A stretch of 64,000 nt of DNA. It comes from Trueperaceae bacterium. GTDB lineage: Bacteria; Deinococcota; Deinococci; Deinococcales; Trueperaceae. The DNA lies in contig OZ243927.1 of assembly GCA_965213925.1 (NCBI GenBank), positions 1,312,001 through 1,376,000 of the forward strand, given 5' to 3'. Below the pieces are notes generated by a model. It did not search any database. It worked only from the letters and a program-made list of their open reading frames with translations, and was not told the DNA's origin. Below, piece by piece: positions 46,010 to 55,773 of this stretch (its first letter is position 1; each line of letters opens with the position of its first letter). The position numbers and the translations under genes were made by a program.

Positions 46010-49000
46010 ATGCAGGGCAACCGCAAACACTACCGTCAACACCGACACCTAACCCATCTACTCTTAACCTGGAGCCTCGCGCTCCTGCTCTTCCTCACCG
46101 CCTGCGGCGGGGGCAGCACGCCCGACTTCAGCCAGCAAGAGGGCGTCGAAGTCAATATCTTCTCGAACTTGGGTAGGACAACCAGCAGCGCAGACTCGGC
46201 GGACCTGGGCGCGCAGGGCGTCCCCGTGGACCCCGAGACGGGTGAAACCGGCGTGGTCCGCGCCGAGCTAGAGGTCTACAGCGGCGACACCCGGCTCTTC
46301 TTCAGAGATGGGCGCATCGTCGCCGAAGCGGAAGGCGAAGCGGTCGTCTTGACTCCCGAAGACAGCGACGTCACCCTCGCCCTACCCGAAGGACGCTACC
46401 GCTTTACCCTCAGCGCCTCCGATGGAGCAGGCAACACCCTAGCGAGAGGAGAAGCCGAGCAGCAAGTCGGCGAGGAGAGCCGCGTCTCGGTTCCTTTAAC
46501 GAGCCTGGTAGGTTCCGCCCGCTTCGAGGTGCCTGCGTCGGTCAAAGCCAACGAGGTCTTCGACGCCTTCTTGCGCGTCTCGCCGCCCAACCGCCCCGAC
46601 CTGCGCGTGCCTCTAGGTGACTACACCGTGTCTTATGAGGTCGCAGAGCCTGGAGTGCAGTTGGGGGGCTCGAGCAACCTAGGTGTAAGAGTCGCCGCGG
46701 CGTGTGAAGTCGTCGAAGTAAGCGCCGCGGTAAGTAACGACCTCTCCGAAGAGGTCACTGCCTCAGCTAGCGTCCCGGTCAACGACGAAGCCTGTGACGA
46801 CGCAAACGACACGCCTGTGGGCGCGGACCTCGTGCCACCCTTTGTCGTCATCACCACGCCCGAAGCGGGTAGCACCGTGAACAAAAGCTTCACCGTTCAA
46901 GGAGACGTGAACGACCGGCAGAGCGGTGTGGAGAAAGTTGAGGTATATGAAGGTACGCTCAAACTTGGTGATGCTAATCTAGATAGTGATGCCATGAGTT
47001 GGCGCTTTGACGCCTCCTTAGACAACGGCTCTTACACGCTCACTGCGGTCGCCTTCGACAAGGCGGGGAACACCTCGAGGGCTGAGGCTCGAGTCACCGT
47101 TCAAGAGGGTGCGGGAGGCGGTGCGGAGAGCTGCACCAATCCGGTGAGCGTGCCGGACGAGAATCTGAGGCGAGCGCTCAAAGAAACGCTTGGGCTTAGC
47201 GAAGAGGATGAGATTACCTGCGAGATGTTAGCCGAGCTTGAAGAATTCTTCCGCGGCGGTACGGATGAAAATGACAATCCTGTTGAGTTTAGCACCCTAG
47301 AAGGTCTGCAGTTCGCCACAAATTTAGAAGTTATCGATATCAAAGACTCGGTTATCAGAGACTTCTCGGCGATAGCGACCTTAACCAAGCTCGAGAGACT
47401 GAACCTCAACCGCATCGCAACGCCCAGCTTAGCGCCGCTACGAAACCTTACGACGCTCACCGAGCTTGAAGTTTTCGGACGCTTTTTGACTGACGGGAAC
47501 CTCGTTGCTGAAGACGTAGACGCGCTTGCCGGGCTTGTCAATTTGGAGACGCTCAGCCTTCTCTTCCTCAAGCTTTCTGATATCAGCGCGTTAGAAGGGC
47601 TAGAGAAGCTCAACCGCCTCTCCCTTACCGACAACAATATAAGCGACCTCTCACCTCTGGTTAGCAACGAGGGTCTAGGTGAAGGGGACACAGTTTTCTT
47701 ACAGGATAACCCGCTCGACCTCTGCCCCGGCACCGAAGATAGAGCAGACATTGAGGCGTTAATCAAACGTGGGGTAGACGTCGTCTTCGACGAACCTACA
47801 GACTGCGATACGGATGGTGAAGAGGACCAGACTTGCACGAGTCCGGTCAACGTACCCGACGAGAACTTGAGGAGTGCCCTCAGAAATGCACTCGAGCTTG
47901 ACGAAGGCGAAGCCATCACCTGCGAAGCTCTGGCAGGTCTGACAACGTTCGTCTTTAGCGATGACAGCGAGTCCCGTGACGAATTCACCGATATCAGCAC
48001 GCTCGAGGGTCTCCAATTCGCCGTCAATTTAGAAACCCTTATTGTTGACGGCGCTGTCATCAACTACGACGCTATCGCCGGCTTGACGAAGCTCAAGAGG
48101 TTAAATCTCTTTGTGGCTGCGCCGAGCTTAGAGCCGCTCAGAAACCTCACCGCGCTGACCGAACTCAGTCTTTCTTCTGACGACGGACTTATAGCCGAAG
48201 ATGAAGACGCACTTGCCGGGTTGGTCAACTTGGAGAGGCTCCTTATATCTAACTACGGCTCAGGCGACCTCACGCCGGTGCAAAACTTGACCAAGCTCAC
48301 TGAGCTTTTCCTGCTGAGCGGCGATATCCGCGACCTCACACCCTTGCAGAACCTCACGCAGCTAAGGCAGCTTGACTTGAGAAACAATCAAATCACCGAC
48401 CTGTCACCCCTTGTAGAAGGCGAAGGTGCAGACCTGCCGCTAGCGTATATCAACTTGCTGTTCAATCCGATTGAAACCTGTCCCGGCACGCAAGGACGCG
48501 CCGACATCGACGCGCTTACGCTGCGCGGCGTTGAGGTTCTTTTCGAGCAACCTGAGAACTGTGATTACGGCGGCGGTGACGGGCAAGAAAACTGCACGAA
48601 CCCCGTGAATATTCCCGACGAGTCGCTCCGAGCAGCCCTCAAAGACGCGCTTGCGCTCTCCCAAGACGCTGAGGTCACCTGCGCTAGCTTAGCGAACCTA
48701 ACCATCTTCAACCCTTCCCTTTACGCAGATGAAATTAAGAACCTCGAGGGTTTGCAATTCGCGCCCAACTTGAGAAGTCTCAACCTCGCTAGCGACCTGA
48801 CTTCAGAAGCGTTCGCGCCGCTTGAAGACCTCACGAAGCTCCAAAGGCTTTTTATCAACGTGTCGGTCACCGGCGACACCGACCTCTCTTTCCTAGAGAA
48901 CCTGGTCAACTTAGAGTCTCTCTCGCTCTCCCCTCGCGGGACGCCGGACTACGGCGGGCTGCAACCCGAAGTCGATATAAGCCCCTTGCGGAACCTGACC

Positions 49001-49366
49001 AAGCTCACTGCCCTTAGTCTTAGCTATTTGAACATCAGCGACATGGGTCCGCTTCAAGACCTGACGGGCCTCAACGCCCTCTCGCTAGACGGCAACGAAA
49101 TTAGCGACATAGGCCCGCTCCAAAACCTGACGAGCCTCGTTACTCTCTTTCTTAACGGAAACGAAATCAGTGACCTCAGCGCCCTTCAAAACCTCTCCAA
49201 CCTCCGCCTCTTGAACCTTTTCGGTAACAATATCAGCGATATAGGTCCGTTAGTCGCCAATGTAGGTCTCGCCGAAGGGGATGAAGTCAACTTGAATGAC
49301 AACCCGCTCAGCGATCAAGCTTTCGATGACATCGAAACGCTAAGGGAGAGGGGTGTCTCCGTCTAG
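46010..49366 (+). CDS. Internalin-like LRR lipoprotein with N-terminal Ig-like domains and three LRR cassettes
   Basis: Lipobox FLTA-C; Ig-like ITTPEAGSTV...VEKVEVY...YTLTAVAFDKAGN; three CTxPVx[VI]PD-capped LRR blocks. Confidence 0.9.
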   Translation: MQGNRKHYRQHRHLTHLLLTWSLALLLFLTACGGGSTPDFSQQEGVEVNIFSNLGRTTSSADSADLGAQGVPVDPETGETGVVRAELEVYSGDTRLFFRDGRIVAEAEGEAVVLTPEDSDVTLALPEGRYRFTLSASDGAGNTLARGEAEQQVGEESRVSVPLTSLVGSARFEVPASVKANEVFDAFLRVSPPNRPDLRVPLGDYTVSYEVAEPGVQLGGSSNLGVRVAAACEVVEVSAAVSNDLSEEVTASASVPVNDEACDDANDTPVGADLVPPFVVITTPEAGSTVNKSFTVQGDVNDRQSGVEKVEVYEGTLKLGDANLDSDAMSWRFDASLDNGSYTLTAVAFDKAGNTSRAEARVTVQEGAGGGAESCTNPVSVPDENLRRALKETLGLSEEDEITCEMLAELEEFFRGGTDENDNPVEFSTLEGLQFATNLEVIDIKDSVIRDFSAIATLTKLERLNLNRIATPSLAPLRNLTTLTELEVFGRFLTDGNLVAEDVDALAGLVNLETLSLLFLKLSDISALEGLEKLNRLSLTDNNISDLSPLVSNEGLGEGDTVFLQDNPLDLCPGTEDRADIEALIKRGVDVVFDEPTDCDTDGEEDQTCTSPVNVPDENLRSALRNALELDEGEAITCEALAGLTTFVFSDDSESRDEFTDISTLEGLQFAVNLETLIVDGAVINYDAIAGLTKLKRLNLFVAAPSLEPLRNLTALTELSLSSDDGLIAEDEDALAGLVNLERLLISNYGSGDLTPVQNLTKLTELFLLSGDIRDLTPLQNLTQLRQLDLRNNQITDLSPLVEGEGADLPLAYINLLFNPIETCPGTQGRADIDALTLRGVEVLFEQPENCDYGGGDGQENCTNPVNIPDESLRAALKDALALSQDAEVTCASLANLTIFNPSLYADEIKNLEGLQFAPNLRSLNLASDLTSEAFAPLEDLTKLQRLFINVSVTGDTDLSFLENLVNLESLSLSPRGTPDYGGLQPEVDISPLRNLTKLTALSLSYLNISDMGPLQDLTGLNALSLDGNEISDIGPLQNLTSLVTLFLNGNEISDLSALQNLSNLRLLNLFGNNISDIGPLVANVGLAEGDEVNLNDNPLSDQAFDDIETLRERGVSV

Positions 49367-49523
49367 CCCGAAACGAGCGACTTTCGCAACGCGCCTGCAA
49401 TTCTTAGTGGAGGTGTAGACCTAAGTTTGTATTGAATCAAGAGAGTGGGGCGGCCCCAAAAGCCGCCCCTTCTCTTTGCACCTCTCCAGCGTGGTAGCAT
49501 GAAACCCCGGAGAGGATGGCTTT

Positions 49524-51191
49524 ATGCAAACGAACTACATCTTCATCACGGGCGGCGTCGTCTCGAGCTTGGGCAAGGGCATCGCGACATCCAGCATCGG
49601 CGCACTTTTGCGCGCCAGAGGCTACCGCGTCACGGCGGTTAAGATAGACCCCTATATCAACGTGGACGCAGGTACCATGCGCCCTTACGAGCACGGCGAG
49701 GTCTTCGTGACCTCGGACGGCGCTGAGACCGACTTAGACATCGGCACGTACGAGCGCTTTTTGGATATAAGTTTAGGGCGCGGCAACAACGTCACCACGG
49801 GGCAGGTCTATCAGAGCGTCATCGAAAAGGAGCGGCGCGGCGAGTACCTCTCGCAGACCGTCCAGGTCATCCCGCACGTCACGGACGAGATCAAAGAGCG
49901 CATCCGTGAGGCGGGTAAGAAAGCGAGTGCGGAACTCGTCTTGGTCGAGGTGGGCGGCACAGTGGGCGACATTGAGTCGTTACCTTTTTTAGAGGCGATT
50001 CGCCAAATGCGCTTCGAAGAGGGTCGCGAGAGCACGCTCTATTTTCACGTGACCCTGCTCCCTTACCTCGGCACGAGCGAGGAATTCAAGACCAAACCGA
50101 CGCAGCACTCCGTAGCGACCCTGCGCGGCGTGGGCATTCAGCCCGACGGTATTATCCTACGCTCGGCGAGCCCCGTCCCCGAAACCGTGCGCAGCAAGAT
50201 TGCGCTCTTTACGAACGTCGAAGCGAGAGACGTGTTCAACTCCCACGACGCCGACCACGTCTACGCGGTGCCTGAGATTTTGGAGCAGCAGGGCATCGGG
50301 CGCTTCATCGAGCGCAGGCTCTCCTTGGAGAAAGTCACCCCGGAGCTTCGCGCCTGGCGCGAGGCGGTCAAGGTTTTGCGCCACCCTGAGAAAGAGGTCA
50401 CGATCGGTGTAGTCGGCAAGTACGTCGCCATGCCCGACGCTTACTTGAGCCTCATGGAAGCTCTCAAACACGCGGGCATCGCCAACCACGCGCGCGTCTC
50501 GCTGCGCTGGGTCAACGCGGAAGACCTCTTGGAGCGGCAGTTAGAGGTGCTGGACGACTTAGACGGCGTCCTCGTGCCGGGCGGCTTCGGCGTGCGCGGC
50601 ATCGAAGGGAAGGTCTTGGCGGCAGGTTACGCCCGCACGAACGGCGTGCCGTATCTGGGCATCTGCTTGGGGATGCAGGTCGCGGTGATCGAATTTGCGC
50701 GCAACGAGGCGGGCTTGGAGGGCGCGAACTCGACCGAGTTCGACACGTACACGCCGCATCCGGTGGTCGGGCTCATGCCGGAACAGCTCGAGGTCGCGGG
50801 CTTGGGCGGCACCATGCGCTTAGGCGACTGGCCTATGCAGGTCGCGCGGGACACGCTCCTGGAGGGGCTCTACGCGCCTCTTTTGAACCAGGACGTCGCA
50901 TTCGAGCGCCACCGCCACCGCTACGAGGTCAACCCCGCTTACGTCGAAAGGCTCAAGGACGCGGGGCTGACCATCTCAGGTGTGACGCCCGGAATGAGCG
51001 GGCGCGGCGCGGGGCTCGTCGAGGCGGTCGAGCTTGCCGGGCATCCCTTCTTTCTGGGGCTACAGTCTCACCCCGAATTCAACACGCGGCTCATGCGGGC
51101 GAGTCCGCCTTTCAGGGGTTTTATCGGAGCGGCGGTCACGTACCGCGAAGCTCGGACGGTGGGGTTACTCGAGTCCGTCAACGCGGAGTAA
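49524..51191 (+). CDS. pyrG: CTP synthase
   Basis: FITGGVVSSLGKG, KIDPYINVDAGTM.P.EHGEVFV, GICLGMQ, ERHRHRYEVN, QSHPEF. Confidence 0.98.
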   Translation: MQTNYIFITGGVVSSLGKGIATSSIGALLRARGYRVTAVKIDPYINVDAGTMRPYEHGEVFVTSDGAETDLDIGTYERFLDISLGRGNNVTTGQVYQSVIEKERRGEYLSQTVQVIPHVTDEIKERIREAGKKASAELVLVEVGGTVGDIESLPFLEAIRQMRFEEGRESTLYFHVTLLPYLGTSEEFKTKPTQHSVATLRGVGIQPDGIILRSASPVPETVRSKIALFTNVEARDVFNSHDADHVYAVPEILEQQGIGRFIERRLSLEKVTPELRAWREAVKVLRHPEKEVTIGVVGKYVAMPDAYLSLMEALKHAGIANHARVSLRWVNAEDLLERQLEVLDDLDGVLVPGGFGVRGIEGKVLAAGYARTNGVPYLGICLGMQVAVIEFARNEAGLEGANSTEFDTYTPHPVVGLMPEQLEVAGLGGTMRLGDWPMQVARDTLLEGLYAPLLNQDVAFERHRHRYEVNPAYVERLKDAGLTISGVTPGMSGRGAGLVEAVELAGHPFFLGLQSHPEFNTRLMRASPPFRGFIGAAVTYREARTVGLLESVNAE

Positions 51192-51203
51192 GGTCTCCTC
51201 GTC

Positions 51204-51836
51204 GTGCCCCCTAAAAAACCTCTCGTCATCGGGCTCGCGGGCGGCACGGGCTCGGGCAAAACGACGGTGAGCGCCGCCATCGCGCAAGCAGCCGGGGCGG
51301 AGCGCGTCGTCACCCTGCCGCAAGACGCCTACTACCACGCGCTCCCCGACCTCCCCTTTGAGGCGCGGCAGCGCACCAACTACGACGAGCCGAGCGCGTT
51401 CGACACCGCGCTGTTGGTCGAGCAAATTGACGCCCTCTTGCGCGGCGAGACTATCGAGCAGCCCGTCTACGACTTCTCGCAGTACGACCGCTCGGCGGAC
51501 ACCGTGAGACTAGAGCCCGCCCCCGTGATGGTCGTCGAAGGCGTTCTCGTGCTGCACGAGCCTGCACTGCGCGAGCGCTTTTCCCTGAGCATCTTCGTGG
51601 ACGCGCCGCCCGACGAACGCTTTATCCGCCGCTTGGAGCGCGATGTACGCGAGCGCGGGCGGAGCGCGCAGAGCGTCATCGACCAGTACCGCCGCTCGGT
51701 GAAGCCGATGCACGACCTCTTCGTAGAGCCGACCAAGCAGCACGCCGACCTCATCATCCCCGAAGGGGGTAAAAACCGGGTCGCCTTGGAGGTGCTGAGC
51801 GCGTTCGTGAGCAGTGTCGTCGAGCAACGTGCCTGA
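51204..51836 (+). CDS. udk: Uridine kinase
   Basis: IGLAGGTGSGKTT, QDAYY, RRLERDVRERGRS, KPMH..FVEPTK. Confidence 0.95.
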   Translation: MPPKKPLVIGLAGGTGSGKTTVSAAIAQAAGAERVVTLPQDAYYHALPDLPFEARQRTNYDEPSAFDTALLVEQIDALLRGETIEQPVYDFSQYDRSADTVRLEPAPVMVVEGVLVLHEPALRERFSLSIFVDAPPDERFIRRLERDVRERGRSAQSVIDQYRRSVKPMHDLFVEPTKQHADLIIPEGGKNRVALEVLSAFVSSVVEQRA

Positions 51837-51972
51837 GGGGTAGACGCAGCGCAATGCTACCTCCGGGCGACCTGACGTGAAAAACAGGGTGCAAGACCGA
51901 GCGTAAAGCGTGTAGAATCCTCCTGATGACGCATCGGCTCCCTCAATACCCCGTTTTTTGCAGCCGGAAACC

Positions 51973-53814
51973 GTGAAACGCCCCGAACGCTTGCAGCGCC
52001 TGCTATGGCTCGTCGTTTTATTAAGCCTGATTCCCGGACTTATTCTGGCGTATAACCGTGTCCGCGTCGAAGGCGGGAGCACGTCCGTCACCTTGCTGAT
52101 GGACGAGCAAGCTTTAGGCGAACAAGCCGCGTTTTTAGGCACGACCTCGTTCGAGTTAGCCAGTCGCTACCGCGAGGCGGGGCTCAACGGCGTGGCGCTC
52201 TACGAGGAGACGTTCGAGACGCTCGCGGCGCGTGGCAGCGTGGCGCTGCTGTCAGGAAACGCGGCGAGGGCCGAAGAGGTGCTGACGGAAGGCGACGCCA
52301 GCGTGCCCGCGAACAGCGTGCTGGTGACGGCGTTAGACGAGGGCGCTTTAGAAGACACCCTCGCTAAAAATACCCCGCAGCCTCAAGAGATTTCTTTAGG
52401 CAACGCGACCTGGTACGCCTACCCTGACCCCGGCGACGGTGAAGGCGAGGAGCGCCCGGCGGGACCGAACCGCCAAAAGATCGAACGTTATGCCCAGGCA
52501 GGTTGGGACATCGCGTACCGCCCCTACAACTATCCGGGCCTACAGGACGTGGGCACGGATTTTCCAGACGAGGCGAACTACCTCATCCACGGCGCGCTAG
52601 AGGTCGCGGGCAACCCCAACGCGCTCTCCGAGACGGTCGCCGCTTCGCAGGACTACCTCACGGGCGTCATCGAAGGGGTGGAGCAAGCGGGCATGGCGCA
52701 GCTCGCGGGCAAGGTGCCGGTGGCGCGCGTTTTCGGCATCAACCAGGACTGGCTCAACACCTTAGAGCCCGAGGTCGTGGTCGGTAAGTACGTGCTGGCG
52801 ACCAACGAGCGCGGGGCGCGGCTGCTCTACGTGCGCCCTTACACCGAAGAGACTGTAGGCGACATGGTCGAGAATACCGAGCGTCTGGTGCGCGGGCTGC
52901 GCACCTCCCTGGAGGCGGAAGGCTACCGCGTCGGGGAGGTGGCGCGGCTCGAGTACGACACCGTCCCCCTCTTGCGCGCCTTGAGCGCCGCCGGCGTTCT
53001 CGCCGGGCTCGCCCTCTTAGCGCTGATGTATCCGGGCGTGTGGGGCGTCGTCGTCGCCGTGTCTGTGTCTTCACTCGGCATCCTCGCGGGCGGCGCGGAC
53101 TGGGACGCGCTCGCGCTCGCCGCCGCGCTCGCTTTTCCGGTCTTAGGTTACGGGCTCCTGCCCGAGAAGCTCTCGAGCTTGGGTCTCGCTACGCTGATCT
53201 CACTCGCAGGCGCGGTGCTCCTAGCGGCGGTCGGCAGCGACCGCGAGGCGATGCTCGCCATTACGCCCTTTGCGGGCGTCGCCGCGACGCTCGTCGTGCC
53301 GCCCGCGCTCTTCTTGTTTCACTACGCCCTGCGCTACCGCCCGCCCGCGAAATGGGTCACCGACTTCTGGCGCTACCCGGTTCGCTTAGGCGACGTCGCG
53401 ATCGTCTTCTTCGGGCTCGCGGCGCTCGCGCTCGTTCTGCTCCGGCGCGGCAACTTCCCCGTTGTCGGCGCGAGCAGCGCGGAGTTGGGGCTGCGCGAGC
53501 TGTTATCCGAGTACTTCGCCAGACCCCGCTTCAAAGAACTCTTGGGGCATCCGCTCGCCGTCGTCGCGCTCACGAACGGCGGCTGGGCGGCTTGGCTCCG
53601 GGGGCTGCTCCTCACGGGCGGCGTGGTGGCGCAAGCGAGCATCGTCAACTCGTTTAGCCACTATCACACGCCGCTCCTGGTCTCTTTGGAGCGCACCCTC
53701 GTCGCCCTCGCCCTGGGGCTCGTGATCGGCCTTCTCCTCGTACCGCTCGCCCGACTCGCTACGGGCGGCGTCAAGCGCTGGCTCGGCAACGCGCGGCGCG
53801 CGCCGCAGGCTTAG
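51973..53814 (+). CDS. DUF5693 family membrane protein
   Basis: ERGARLLYVRP, PFAGV, RRGN, RPRFKELLGHP, SIVNSFSHYHTPL; GTG start at 51973. Confidence 0.8.
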   Translation: MKRPERLQRLLWLVVLLSLIPGLILAYNRVRVEGGSTSVTLLMDEQALGEQAAFLGTTSFELASRYREAGLNGVALYEETFETLAARGSVALLSGNAARAEEVLTEGDASVPANSVLVTALDEGALEDTLAKNTPQPQEISLGNATWYAYPDPGDGEGEERPAGPNRQKIERYAQAGWDIAYRPYNYPGLQDVGTDFPDEANYLIHGALEVAGNPNALSETVAASQDYLTGVIEGVEQAGMAQLAGKVPVARVFGINQDWLNTLEPEVVVGKYVLATNERGARLLYVRPYTEETVGDMVENTERLVRGLRTSLEAEGYRVGEVARLEYDTVPLLRALSAAGVLAGLALLALMYPGVWGVVVAVSVSSLGILAGGADWDALALAAALAFPVLGYGLLPEKLSSLGLATLISLAGAVLLAAVGSDREAMLAITPFAGVAATLVVPPALFLFHYALRYRPPAKWVTDFWRYPVRLGDVAIVFFGLAALALVLLRRGNFPVVGASSAELGLRELLSEYFARPRFKELLGHPLAVVALTNGGWAAWLRGLLLTGGVVAQASIVNSFSHYHTPLLVSLERTLVALALGLVIGLLLVPLARLATGGVKRWLGNARRAPQA

Positions 53815-53817
53815 GAC

Positions 53818-54817
53818 GTGGCGATGAACGTCCTTCTTAGCGGCTATTACGGCTTCGGCAACTTGGGCGATGAGGCGATCTTGAGCGGCTTAGTCGCAGG
53901 TCTCCGGGCGCAGGGGCACCACCTCGTCGTCCTGTCTAACAAGCCCGATAAGACGAGGGCGCTCCACGGCGTCGAGGCGGTGACGCGCTACCAAGGTCTC
54001 GTGCCCGCATTAATGCAGAGCGACGCGGTCGTCTCGGGCGGCGGCGGGCTCTTGCAAGACAGGACGAGCGCGCGCAGCTTGCGTTACTACTTGGGCATCC
54101 TCCGCCTCGCCAAAGCGCTCGGCAAGCGCCCGGTCGTCTACGCTCAGTCCGTCGGACCCCTCTCCCCGGCTGGAGCGCGCGCCGTGAAGCGCACCCTGAC
54201 AGGTCTTCCCGTCGCCGTGCGCGACGGCGCGTCGCAGCGTCTCCTCGCCTCGCTGGGCATCAGCGCCGAGTTGGTGGCGGACGCGGCCCTGCTCCTCCCG
54301 GAGCCCAGGGGCACGACGACGGTGAGCCTCACCCCGCCTGTACTGCTCATCCCGAGGGGGGGCTACCCCGAAATCACCGAGTCACTCATCGCCTTAGCTA
54401 AAGCGCTGCGGGTCAAGGAGCGTACCTTTAGCAGGCATGGCGATTCAGCCGGACCAAGACGACGCGCCCCTCAAGAGCCTTAAAGAAGCGGTGCCCGAAC
54501 TCGCTCTCTGGCGCGCGGACACGCCGAGCGCCGCTGTTAGCACCGTCGCGGGCGCGACGCACGTCGTCTCGGCGCGGCTGCACGGGCTCGTCTTTGCGGC
54601 CGTCGCCAAGCGCCCTTTTAGCGCCGTCGTCTACGACCCCAAGGTCGCCGCGTTCGCGGAAGAGGCGAGCGCAAATGCGTACCGGGTGCCGCTCGCGCTG
54701 GATGAAATCGTAGCGCGCGTCACCGCCCCGGCGGAAACAGCGTCTGCAGCAATAGACGCGCTTCAAGAGAGGGCGGCGCGCGGGCTTTTGTGGCTCGACG
54801 AAGCGTTGCGGGGCTGA
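53818..54817 (+). pseudogene. csaB: Polysaccharide pyruvyl transferase CsaB, split by a frameshift near 54410-54420 (or a sequencing error)
   Basis: GYYGFGNLGDEA, GGGGLLQDRTS..SLRYY, AQSVGP, VRD in frame 1; SARLHG, YDPKV continue in the +1 frame. Confidence 0.85.
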
Positions 54818-54855
54818 AACAGCCACGCTCACCTAAAAACGCTAGAATAACCACC

Positions 54856-55637
54856 ATGAGGCACCGGTCTAAACAGCGCTTGGTCGGGCTTATCCTTCTT
54901 TGCGCAGCGCCTCTGGCGTTCGGACAACCTGCAGCGCCTTTAGAGGAGATGCGCGCGCTGCTCCAAGAGGGGCTTTACGCGCTCGCGGCTCAGGTCGAAG
55001 GACCCGAACTCGTGCGGGCGCTACCGGAGAGCGCCGAAGCGCACTACCTCTACGCCAAAGCGCTCTACCTCACGGGCGACCTCGCCACCGCCGAAGCGCA
55101 ACTTAAGCAGAGATACCAGCGGACGAATTTGGGGGCGACTACGTCCAGCTAGAGGCGCTCATCGCCGCCTCGAGCGGCGACCTCGTAAGAGCACAGGTCC
55201 TGCTAGAGACGACCTTCGCGCAGACGCCTAGCTACGAGGTCGCGATGGACTTGGGGCGCGTCGCGTGGCAAGCGGGCGACTTCGCCAGAGCGCTGAGTGC
55301 GTACAAAGCTGCGGCTGAAACGCCCGAGGGCGAAACCGCGCCCTGGCCTCACCTCCACCGCGCCAGGCTTCTGGCACTTAGGGGCGACTATGAAGCGTCT
55401 ATTGAGGTGTGGAACAGCGCCCTGAACGTCCTAGATAGCGTTAGCTTAGCGGACGGCGCGGGCGACACGCTCCCCTCGCCCGCCTACGTCGAAGCGTTTT
55501 ACGGCTTGGGCGAGGCGTACGAGGCGCTCGGCGAGCCACAAGAAGCCGCCGCGAACTACGACGCCGCTTTAGCCGCCGACCCGACCTTCGAGCCTGCGCT
55601 CGAGGCTTTGGAGCGTCTCAGCGAGACTGTTCAATAA
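54856..55637 (+). pseudogene. Exported TPR protein, split by a frameshift near 55102-55110 (or a sequencing error)
   Basis: Signal peptide plus AEAHYLYAKALY; the -1 frame is open from AEIPADEFGGDY into 55245-55637 (EAFYGLGEAYEALG). Confidence 0.7.
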
Positions 55638-55773
55638 AACAACGCGTCAGTGCTACGTCATCTCCAGACATCCTCTAAAAGGGTGAAAGGGCTGGCAGAA
55701 CGCCAACGTCAGCCTTGATCCCTTCGTATCTACTCAACAAGCCCGGCGTATTCGAGCCGCTATACTGGTCGCT

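Noticed and set aside
42355..49366. Diversity-generating retroelement target, or real antisense genes (44676-45506, 47101-48063)
   Set aside because: No reverse transcriptase or adenine-specific TR/VR pair was seen. The antisense ORFs are Ser/Arg-rich shadows of LRR codon usage.
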